Assembly: GCA_050273025.1 (NCBI GenBank)
Contig: CP158635.1
Span: 806,001 to 870,000 of the forward strand
Direction of reading: 5' to 3'
Length of the DNA stretch: 64,000 nucleotides
Source of the DNA: Cenococcum geophilum
Taxonomy: Eukaryota
Of the stretch, positions 27,388-38,268 are shown in pieces (position 1 is the stretch's first letter; every line of letters starts with the position of its first letter). Made by a program: the position numbers and the translations under genes. The notes under the pieces were generated by a model. That model was not told the DNA's origin. It saw only the letters and a list, made by a program, of their open reading frames with translations, and ran no database searches.

Positions 27388-28340
27388 ATATATATATTTC
27401 ACTTCCTTTTAATAGCTTTTCTATACTACTAAGGTTTTACCTATACTTAGAATAAATAACTTACGGTTATTAAAAACGGGATCTTTATAGGGGCTAATGG
27501 TTACCCTTATAGATATATCTCTTAAACTAATCCCAGCTTTAATAATAATATAATGACTTATCTATTACCGCTATTAGCCTTAGAAAGAACAAGGGTAGAT
27601 AGCTTAGATCTTCTATATGCTCCAACACAGAAGATCACTAATTAAATAGTAAATTTTCTACGACTTTAGGTCTCGCTAGGGGCTTATATAGCTATAAAAT
27701 ATCTTAAAAATAGATATATTACCCTACCGCAAAACCAGCTAGGTAAACCAATAGCGGCTAGGACGGTTTACGTTTTTAAAATAACCTAGCTAAGTAGCAG
27801 CGAAGTATTGACGGACGTACTGCAGTGGATAGTAAATGGCGCTAGCGGTGACCAGAGAGAGAAACTCTTAACTACTTAAAACTTTAACAATAACAGATAC
27901 TATTAAATTAATAATAGCAACCTCTCTATAGTATATTAGAAGAAGTTTCCCAACCTAACTCCTAGTTAGCCTAGATCTGCTAATAAATAATAGTATAAGA
28001 CTAATCTTATTATCCCTACGGATCTATAACCTAATTCTATATATATAGTATACTAGGTATAATAATGGCTAATAGAATCCGGCGCTTTAGGACTACCTAA
28101 TAGGAAAAATAAGTACTATATAACCTGCTTTAACCTTAATATTATTGCCGGTCCTATCTAAGGGGAGCTATTAAACCCGCTTCCGCAGTAGAACCCCTAA
28201 ACTACTACTATTTCCAACTTCTAATCCTACACTATATACACTACTAATCCTCTTTTAACTAGTAGCGTCTTAGCTGGTAGGTTCTAGATAATTTTAAGGG
28301 CTAAAGTAGGTAATTATAGATATAGTAAATAGTACAACTA
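27388..28340 (+). pseudogene. Secreted fungal protein with probable N-terminal His after the signal peptide (DUF7492-like by recollection)
   Basis: Hydrophobic leader, then reconstructed A-HTWNEQL..NGYP; also KYLENGHITLPQNQPGKP, QNFDD.RCYQIN, EQWCETD, YTVYWVWQWP, KDEYYTTC. The His codon is now TAT (RIP-type change). Confidence 0.75.
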
Positions 28341-28350
28341 ACAGATAGCA

Positions 28351-28447
28351 ATTATCCCTTCGCATATAATTTGCGTTTATTTATTATTAACAAGAACTGG
28401 CTAATTAAATTAACCAAATTAAATTGTTCGTGTTTAGAAATTCTGGT
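28351..28447 (+). repeat. ~100-bp element, inverted copy at 36871..36969
   Basis: ATTATCCCTT..AATTTGCGT..TTATTAA..AACTRGCTAATTAAATTAA in both copies. Confidence 0.8.
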
Positions 28448-30165
28448 ATTCCCACACGGACCAACTTAGAGATAGACGTCACCGTTTAAAGGAATAGTTT
28501 CCGTAATTCTATAGTCGTTTCCCTTAGTATATTACTCTCCTCGTATATATCTTATTTCCGTTTATAATCGTCAAATATACTACTCTGCTTTAGAATTTAG
28601 TAATTTAAGAAGCCGGCAGCTGTTAGAAATTTTCTCATTAACTTATATCCAAAAATAGTAGCGAGAATCAGCCCTTATAGCTAGGGTAAACTATTTTTAT
28701 TATATAAGGGACCAGTTCTAGTCCCGTCCGGCCTCATATAAAAGTTTAAGGGGTTATCCTATCTATAAAGAAGCTGTCGGCCTATCCTATATCTTACTCT
28801 TCAGATTAATCGCTATCTAAAATATAGCTCCTTCCATTATTTGTCGCTTTAATAGCTCCAATTATTCTAGGGTCCTAGGATTAGTATAATTACTCTACTA
28901 ATAGACTTCTGAATATTATTATAGATGCTAGTTAAGGAGCTAGTGGCCCAGTAGTGGAATTTTTCTTTCCGCTATTTATTAACTGCGTTAGCGCCCAACC
29001 CTAATTCTAACCCCAATTTCTATCACTAGGAGGTACTAAAGGACACCCCCCCCGGCCTACCTAATAACTTTTTAAGCTAACAAGCTCCTAGAGCCGCTCC
29101 TTACAGGCCTAAATATCCCTAATTCTACCAGTAACCTTATAATCACTAGAGTATCCGATCAGAATGGGTTTACTAAAACCAATACTGCTCTTTACATAGC
29201 GAAGTTCTTTCCCCTTAACGGAGTTAGCTGCCAAGTAATTGTATCTAAAAAAGAGTTAATAGATCTTTCTAGTACAATACCCGTAGATCTAGGTATAGAT
29301 AATAGGGTTATACCTATTGAGTTTATAACCTATATATATCTCCTCCAAGTTATGCCAGTTATCCCCTAAACATCTTATTATTAAGAACGTCGGTAGATAT
29401 CTTAAACTCCTCCACCTAGCGAACCGCTTCTTTTAAAAGACTAGTACTCTTATTCTAATTACTATTAGAGCTAATAAAATGCCTAAAGATGGTTTAAATA
29501 GTCTTTCTCTATTAAAATGAATTGTATTAATTGCTTAATCCTTTAATCTATTAAGAAATACGGGGATAACACCGTTAATCTATAGCATTGCCTAAACGTT
29601 AAGGGGTTTAAAGAGCTAATAGAATAGTATTATAGCTGCCCTAACGAAACACCTATACTAAGTTTATATAAAGACCATTATTAAAGGCACTCCTAGGCTA
29701 AAGACACGGAGGTAATATATAAGCTACTTATCTATCTAATAAACACTAAATATAGAGAGTAGGTTTAGTAGAAGTAGTAACTAAAGAAGGTAATTCTTCT
29801 CTTATAGGAGAGAGTCGCCCTATGCCGTACTCCTATAAGTACGGATATAGGAAATCTCTAGGCATTTCAACTCTATTGTTTAAGGATCTCTCTCTAGGGA
29901 GCTTAACTATATAAACTAATGCGTAAGTAACTTCTAAGCTTATATTAGCGTAGTAATAGTAATAAATCTATATAACGGACTTAGGGCAATAAAACCCCAT
30001 TACTTTTATTATACTTTTAATTTTTCTATAATCGGGTCTTAAGCAAATATACTCTTCTATATTTTAGCTAAGTGCTATAATATAACCTTTCTAGTATCTC
30101 CGTAATCGACGTCTATTATAAAAAGAGTATTACGGAATGGTTAAATTTCTAATCTTGGAACATTC
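28420..30165 (-). pseudogene. Intron-containing gene relic of unknown function
   Basis: Long protein-like frames after reverting RIP (e.g. KEKFHHWATSS..FYMRPDGTRTGP); no family recognised. Confidence 0.4.
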
Positions 30166-30356
30166 TAGGTTACTAAGTTTATCGCTAGGTGCGTTTAGCA
30201 TTAGTTATTTTTAAATAAATAAGGTAGACCTAGTTAAAGGTTATTTAGACCCTTTATATTAGCTAAGTAACTTACTTAATTTTATAATTAATAATAATTC
30301 TTTAATTAACGTCTGATACGGATGCTATCTAGCCCTACGCAGACTACTCCGTACAC

Positions 30357-31308
30357 AAGGGAAAAGTAATATTAATAGGAAAAAACCCTTGCTGCTGGGG
30401 GGGAGGAAAAACCCTATAAGCCACCTCAGTAGGATAAAAAACCCCGATTTGCCATGTCCGTCCGTAGCGGCGGCCCTATAGGTCTACGGCTACGTCCTAT
30501 CCTCCTTAGATGTTCGAACTCCTTAGGAACCACTGCTTCCTTCTCTAGCTTACCCTAGCTAGGGTTCACTACGTCCCAGCTAGGCCTTGCCAATTAATTG
30601 CCGTACTGCTGTTTCCCATATCTTGGCCATCCCCTATATGCTATTTCTTATCTAACCATTACCATATACGCCATGCCTTCCCCCCCCTAGGGCCTATTAA
30701 AGGCGTAAGGGGGATTTATCCGTTCTAACCACCATAATACTAATAAGCGAGCGGGATATTATGTTGTATTTAGGTATCTTTTATGCCTAGGCCCCAGCTA
30801 GGCCCTTTCTAAGGGTTACTACTCCGTCGAAAGAAGACAGGAAAAACCGTGGGTCGCAATCCAGGCTACTAGGTGGTATTTGGTAGAAAAAACGGCGAGT
30901 GACCGCATGCTCCGCGGGCGATCGCCCTAGGGGTTAGGAGGGGCCGTATATTTGCTTATTCGTCTACCTATTCGTTTACAATCGCTCGTTTATTAATATA
31001 AGAGGTTGTTAATGCTTTCTATTAGGGGTCAGGGGATACTATTAAATGCCGTATATCTACGTTGGATTGTATAGGTGCCTTAATAGGAGAATAGCGTAGC
31101 TGAATTGTAGAGGGCCATAGTAGTGGTTTTTGAGATCTTACCATCTGAAAATTTTTCACCACTACCCACAACGCTTATAACCACGACCACCAGGTCCTAT
31201 CGCACGCTATACAACGTCTCTGCGTTGGCTCTGAGTCTGAACTTTAAAGACCTAGGTTTGTAGCCGTCACTACGTATAGGTGCAGAGTCCGTTTTCGACG
31301 GCCTAATT
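30357..31308 (+). repeat. ~950-bp non-coding element, copy 2 (less RIP-damaged)
   Basis: Inverted match to 1703..2660; non-triplet indels between copies; several self-complementary segments. Confidence 0.9.
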
Positions 31309-31665
31309 TTATAATTAGGTTGGGTAGAATTATACTTACGATCTATTCTAAATATAAAGCTCTATATACAAAGTAAAGAAATTATAGGTTCTTATACCGT
31401 TTTTATTAGCCGTTAAAACACGTATTAGCTGGTAAAGAAACTACAGGGACCAGTTTTGGGTACCCTTAAGAGAGCCCCGTCTTAGTCCCCCGCTACTAAA
31501 AATAAAGGACCCGAAATTGTTACTTCTAACTTTATGGAAGCCCGTTTTTAGGCCTTATTAGAATAATATTTATTGCGCATAAATCCTAAGGGCTATATAT
31601 CTAGCTGCGTCTTCCTACTACGACTCCATTAATATACTTAAAACAGCTGGTCTGCTCTCTTAATT

Positions 31666-34600
31666 ATAAAGCGTTGTTACCATATCCACTAGCTAAGTCT
31701 CTGCACCTAAGGCAATGAAATTGCTCTTTTAGAATCGGACAGGCTCTAAACTCTTACTAATTATATTCCTGATCCCAATATATAACCCAGTCTATTCGTA
31801 CTAATTGGTAATATAGCGAAATTAGTCGCCCTCCGAGAGCTATTTAGGGTAAAGAGGGCGCGAAAGTTTATAAATAAGTAAAGCGTAGGCGAGATACATC
31901 TCCACCTTAACCTATTTAGCATTTTTTACGGCAGACCGGTACTTCTTATAGATAGCAATCTTCCTAAACAAAGTCTTAGGGGAAAGATAGTTATAGCCGA
32001 TAAGTGCTGTAAAACAATATGGCGAACTATTTAGAGAACCCAAGCTAAGCTATCCGGCCTTTCTCTAAACGAAATTATAAATAGCATCTATACCCGCCTG
32101 CTTTTTCCTTTTATAGATATCTTCTGCTTCTTTTATACTAATCTTAGTTCTTTTAAACAGATTGCCTACTACATTACTACGTGGTTAGAGAAAGGCCACT
32201 TATTAACCCTTCCAAAGAGTACGTACCCGAGGGTAGTAATCGTAACCGAGAAGATACCTCTGGGAGCAGAAAGCGAGGCTAAAGAGGCCTTTTTATGGTT
32301 ATTAGGAGAGGAAACAATAAAGGATCTGTCTAAGCTAATATTAGTAATTAATATAGTCGCTCTTTTCCCAAACGGTATAATGTCTATTAATGCTCGCTAT
32401 AGACGCCTAAAAGAGCGTCTGATGAATAGTTTAGATTAAGTGCGAAAGAGTAAAGAAGATGGACGAACTTTATTCTCTGTAACTTATTTCGCCGCCTTTC
32501 TTAAGTACGCCTATAGGAACTTTTTAGAAACTGTTAATAAACCCTTTAATTTTATTAGAGCGTCAAGGATCTATAACCCCGTTGCTTCTAACCTAGTGGA
32601 ATATCTATTAAATTTCCTAAAATATATTAAGTCGACTAATAAGCTAATAGAGTTTGTAGTTCCAATAACTGCTTCTAGTCTCTTTTTGGACAGCTACCCG
32701 CCTAAAGCATATAGTAAGTATTACCCTACTAGAAAATTAAGTCATGCTAACTTTAATATAGCGTTTAAACCTAAGACTGTATTTAATATAATTTATAAGG
32801 ATGTCTTCTGCTAGGTAAGTAAGGCTTAAGTTATAGCCTTTAAGTAGTCCAACCATGTTATTTTACGAAGTGACTTTATTAATATGGTCGAAAACCAATT
32901 CGTTTACTGCTTTTAATAATTTACTTATAATAATATAACTACTATAGAAATTTATAAGAGCAACCTTATACAATTCCAAGACAGATGGCGCCATATACAG
33001 AGCAGCAATATATATCTGTCTTATTTACGTAGGAGACCGCAGTATTACTTACCCTGCGGGCACTATATTTGCGAGAATTGCATTATAGTGTTTGGGGATC
33101 GCTGCAAAGACGACCCCTAGATCTTTAAAGTGCGCCACTACTTTCTCTATAGAGAAGAGATGCTAAACAATATAAGCGTAAAAGTACACCCTCTAACTGC
33201 AGGAGTAGGAGTCTTATATATTAATGGAGGAGGTATACGGGGTATTATGCTATTAATGCTAATAAAACAAATATAAGATCGTGTCGGTCTACCAATTCCC
33301 TTTCAGTGGTTTATTAAAGTTGCTTTTAGGGTCAGTATAGGTAAGAGCTCTATACACTTTAAAGAAAAGAAATTAATACTTATAACTTAAGGAGCGGTAA
33401 TCGCTATAGATTATTACATTAAGGGACGGCCCCTTAAAGAGTCTATCTAGATATTCCTGGAGATTGCAAAACGTGTCTTTAAACGGCGGAAGGCTTTTAA
33501 TATCCCATTTATTTCCCGTGCATTTAAGTTAATAGTATTATATTTTACTAACGGTTTATACTTAGCTTAAAATATTAAGTCCGTCCTAAAAGAAGTCTTT
33601 AGTATAGATAAAAGCATTCTAGACTACTTTTATGCAACGTCTATAGGAATAAAGATTGGCTTACCAGTCGCTATAGTTAGCAGTCATTTATTATATTGTA
33701 TATTTACTAACTATAACGGGGTAGGTATACGGGACGAAGATTAAGGTAAGCTCCCTATATATAACTTAGTATAAGAGTCGTCTAACAAACCTAAAGACAA
33801 CGCCGTTATAAGGCTAAAGGATGGCTATGGAAGAGTGCCGCTTTAGGAAATATAAGATTGAATAAACCCTACCATTAGATAAGACTAATATAAAATTTAG
33901 CGTATAATCCGCATCTATAGCGCCTGAGTATGCTTTAGCTTACCTCTTTTATACCTAAAACTAACTATACTTTATAGTTTCTTTCCGCCAAAATATATTA
34001 ATAAGGTTGGTATATTTTAAGATATAGAACTCCTTAAGAATAACCCCCTACTCTAGGCGCTTTTAGAGGTATTAGTAATGTTTCCACTTGTTAAAGAACC
34101 TAACTTTATTATATCTTTAGGTACTAGTAAGCCAAGGCCAAAAAATTACTAGGTATCTACGGATAACTACTATAGTATTCGGAAAAACGGAATATTCTTT
34201 AGAACACGTGATCTAATCTTGGAGAAAATGCGCGATAAAACGGTAAGATGGGCCTATAAAACTGTTAGACTGGCGGTCCAAATTCTTAATAAAATTTACC
34301 GCCTTAGTACTGACTTTAATACTACTAAACCAAGACTTAACGATATAAGAAGTATACCTGAACTTAAATCAAAAGTCGAAATGGACTACTCCCTATCGGC
34401 CCGGATTGATACTATAGCACGCTATATAATTGTATCTCTATTCTATTTTAAATTAGACTCTCTTTTAGAGAGATATAATAGGAAGTATATAGTTACCGAA
34501 TATATTTTATACTTAATAATACGCAGTAATCTAGCCTTTAGAGCCCTGTTAAGTAAATTAGCAAATAACTCTACCGGGTTTTTAATAAATAATTGGCCGA

Positions 34601-34863
34601 TTCCCGGAATATTTAATAATACTTCCTTTATAGGTAAAGACGGGAACTTCCAGAAACGAGTTAACCTAGATACTTTTGGGAAATTTACAATATCTCTAAA
34701 GGAAGGTAACGCCGAGCCTTGCAATATTAGTAGGTTACCTTTCTTAATAGAGAACCTAATAGCCGCTTAAGGTCTAAATGCTCCCTTTAGCAGAGCAGAC
34801 CACGGTAAGCGAAAAAGGTTATCTGTATACGATACTCTCCTAAGGAAGCGGCAACGTATTTAA
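31666..34863 (+). pseudogene. RING-finger + patatin-like phospholipase (Starship PLP-type)
   Basis: (C)LS(C)LRRRPQYYLPCGH(C)ICENC RING; VHP.TAGVGVL(C)I(D)GGG.RGI oxyanion motif; AF(G)VSIG GxSxG elbow; FQD..LLENDP; multiple GT-AG introns; C-terminal basic RKRQRI*. ORF-track pieces 32440 and 34219 are fragments of it. Confidence 0.92.
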
Positions 34864-35129
34864 ATAATAACAACTACTTCGGGTAGACTTATGCAAAGAT
34901 TTAATTCAGAGAATATTCTATATAGGAGGCAGGTATAGAGGGGCGGGACGAAGTAAAAGTAGTAAAAAAGATTGCATTATCTTTGCCCACCCCCAGCTAG
35001 AATATCCTGCGTACTTTTCTTATAAACAACTTTAAGATAATATCTAATAATCTAATTGCAGAACTTATGTTTATTTATTATATACCATCCTTTTCTATAC
35101 TACTTATTATATTTTTTATTTTTAAGTTC

Positions 35130-36640
35130 TGTGGATATTATTTCTTCTTCTCTAATATCACACCATTGGTTAGGGGTTTTTTTTAAAGGCGGCTCTATAA
35201 TAGGCGCTTAAGCTTAGTACGGACACAGCGGAATTTTTCTTTTAAAAATTCCAGCCATTTAACCGGATTTTTGATTTGTTATAATTTAAATATTTTAGAA
35301 AGTAACTAAGATATATTTAGGCTTTTGTCTTATTAACCCAGCTTATACTTTTCCCTTGCGTTTAAAGGTTCTGCTACAAAATTTTTCTAAAATCTTACTA
35401 TACTCTTGCAGTCTTTGTAGGGCTTGTAATATTGCAATATATAAATCCCAGCACTGGCCTTAATTAAATCTATCTTAATAATCCTATTACGGCACTTAGT
35501 CTCCTTAGAATAACGACAGTGCTTCGCACCTTATAGATACTTTACCGTAATATCCGGTTTGGGAAATTAGGAGCAAATACGGTATTATAGCACCTCTCAG
35601 ATGCCTTATACCTTTTAATTACGCTTACCTGGCTATTGGACTTCCGCGCCAACCAGTATATTTAGCTTTAGACCCCTAGTACGAGCTTCTAGTCGTTTGC
35701 GTAAATACACCTGTTTATAATTACGTGGTAGAACGAAGATAGGATAGAGATTAATCTTCTCCTAAAAGAACACAGCCGACGAGGATTTATCTATAAATTA
35801 GTCTATTAAAAAGAAAATAAGTTCCTAAGCTGGGTTGACGGGCCTTATAGATTACCCCCTAGGCTAGGTAATTTTGGAACGGCAATTCTAATAGCTAAAG
35901 GTATTGGAATCGCGGCATAGAAAAAGACGGCGAGAAGAGACACTATAGCGCCTTTTAAATTGACTTTATTTGTAATTTTAACCTATATGTCCGCTCCTTA
36001 TATGCTCTATATTCTATCTATAAAAGTGCTTAAAAGAAGTATACTGTTTAGTTTAACTCCTCGTCTAGCAAGCCTTTTACCTTAGCTTTATTTATTTACA
36101 CTTCTAATTATATATTTACCCAGAGCATCTTATATATAGACGGGCAATCTACGCCTTTAACTATATTAGGTCTTAGCTTTATATTTATAGCGATACTATT
36201 ACCGCTTTCTTCTTAGTTGGAATTAGAAACATTGGCTATTATATTTTAACTTTCTGCTTCTTTAAACGTCTTATTATCCTCTAGGTTACTTACCTCTGAC
36301 TTAAAAGCGGAGTTTAACGGACTTTAGCCTGCGATTGCGGTAATATCTGGGCGGTTAGGGTTAACAAAACTTATTAGAACTATATTGCCTTGGCTAGGCC
36401 AAGTATTGCGTTCTATTTGGCCTCTTTAACGTAGTAGAACTGGAGCTTATTAAGGGGTAAACAGAGGAGGTAAAGGCAAGGGAGTAGCTTTTAGCTTAAT
36501 AGGTTAAAGACCAGGGGAGCGAGGAAAGGCGTTATTAGAGTCGTAATTTAAGTTAAATATCAAAATATAAAGAGACGTAAAATTATTTAGTAGGACTTAA
36601 GCCTATAGGCGAGAGAGGCTTTATAGGCTAAGAATCAGCT
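35130..36640 (-). pseudogene. Gene relic of unknown function
   Basis: Pro/acidic N-terminus shared with 25650..26240, followed by a protein-like frame. Confidence 0.4.
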
Positions 36641-37732
36641 TAGGAATATAGTGCTATTTAAACTTCGCTTAATATAGCTTAATAGAGGATAGAGCTACGG
36701 GAACACGTTATTCTCTAAGTTTAGGCCCCTATTATATAACCACTAACTACTTATAAGTTTAGTAGGCGAGCATCCTAAAAGGATATTTCCTCTCTAGATG
36801 CCACAGCTAAGAGCTTAATAGTGTTAGATATTCTAGCAAAAAGGACTTAAGATTAAGTAGTCCGTGTAAAACTAGAATTAAAACAACGCAAATAGCCTTA
36901 TTTAATTAATTTAATTAGCTAGTTTTTATTAATAACTATAGGACGCAAATTAGTATGTTAAGGGATAATATAATAAAGCTAATAATAGGCTTTCCTAACG
37001 GCTTGTGCTATGTACCAATTAAGGACTTTAGTAGCCACCTATAGTATATTCTTAGCAGCTAGCAGCTTGTTTTAACGCTCTAAAAGCTCCTCCTATTCGT
37101 CTCTAGGAACCTTAAACTAAATAGAGCGTATTAGACATAGTAAGTTTAGCTTTCTCCTATAAGCGTCTACCGATCTTTATTCCTAAAAGTCGAGGCTATA
37201 CTTATATTCTGGATTGCTAGGAATCGCTTCCATTAAGTCTTAGAATGTCTAGTAATAGCCTATATATTACTAGCTTTGGACCTAGCGGTAAGACTTATTA
37301 TACGTAGTGGCGTTAAAATTATAGGTAGCTCTGTATCGCCCTCTTTATCGTAAGCCTATAATAACTACCCTGCTTTATTATAAGACACCTATTTTAGAGA
37401 GCAGTTAATTAGGTTCCCCTTACTGCGTTGCAGATATAAGAGGAGCCGGGACTATTGGGCATAATAGCCAAGTTTTAGTTCGCATAGAAGGAACTAACTA
37501 TAGTGCTAGCTACGTCCAACAGGGCGCGAGGATGTACGCTGCTACTTTAGTCACATTTTCCCCATTATTGCCTTAAGGCCTTCACTATGTGGACTGGTTA
37601 TTAAGAAAGGAGAATTTATTTAATAGATTACGAAACCCTCCTAACGCTCCGTATAAGCTAGAAAACAGAATTTGCTTATAAAGTAAAAGATTACCTTTAG
37701 CAGACTTTTATAAAGCTCCCCATACTCCTAGC

Positions 37733-38268
37733 TATTTATAATAATTACTATAAAGCCTAATACTAAGACTATATAACTGTATTATATATTAGTAAGCTAA
37801 TAGCTAAAATCGGAGGGGTTTTATATATCCCGGTTGCGACTATAATATAACTGGTCTCCTTAACGGTGTAGAATATAATAGAAACCACTAATGCAAACTA
37901 TATACTAATTAACCAAATAGAGAATATAAATATAGGGTAATTCTGTATATGGACTAATTACGTAAGCTAAAGATAAATAGTAGTTAAATAAAAAAAACTA
38001 GACGCGCTAGACCGGCTTATCTCTGGAACATTTATATATTGCTACTAAGGCGTAAATAAGTGCTATAGAAAAGTAACTAAAGAGCCCTATTTTAATAATA
38101 GAGGGGTTTAGATTCCTATAAAGCCAAGCCATTATAGTAAAGAGGGTAAGGTAAATAAATCTGCCAATAGGAGCCATAATTTTAAATATCTAAAAGGAAA
38201 AGAATAAAGGTGAAAGAGGGAGAGGGCTAGCTTATAAGGACATTATTTATTAGAAATAAGGCGAGCTA
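37733..38268 (+). repeat. Left arm of a ~0.5-kb inverted repeat
   Basis: Reverse complement of 43742..44199; differences are mostly transitions, plus one ~77-bp indel. Confidence 0.95.

Noticed and set aside
30735..30765. CTAATAAG as a RIPed hammerhead ribozyme core (CTGATGAG)
   Set aside because: Not conserved in the other copy and no matching GAAA/stem arrangement.
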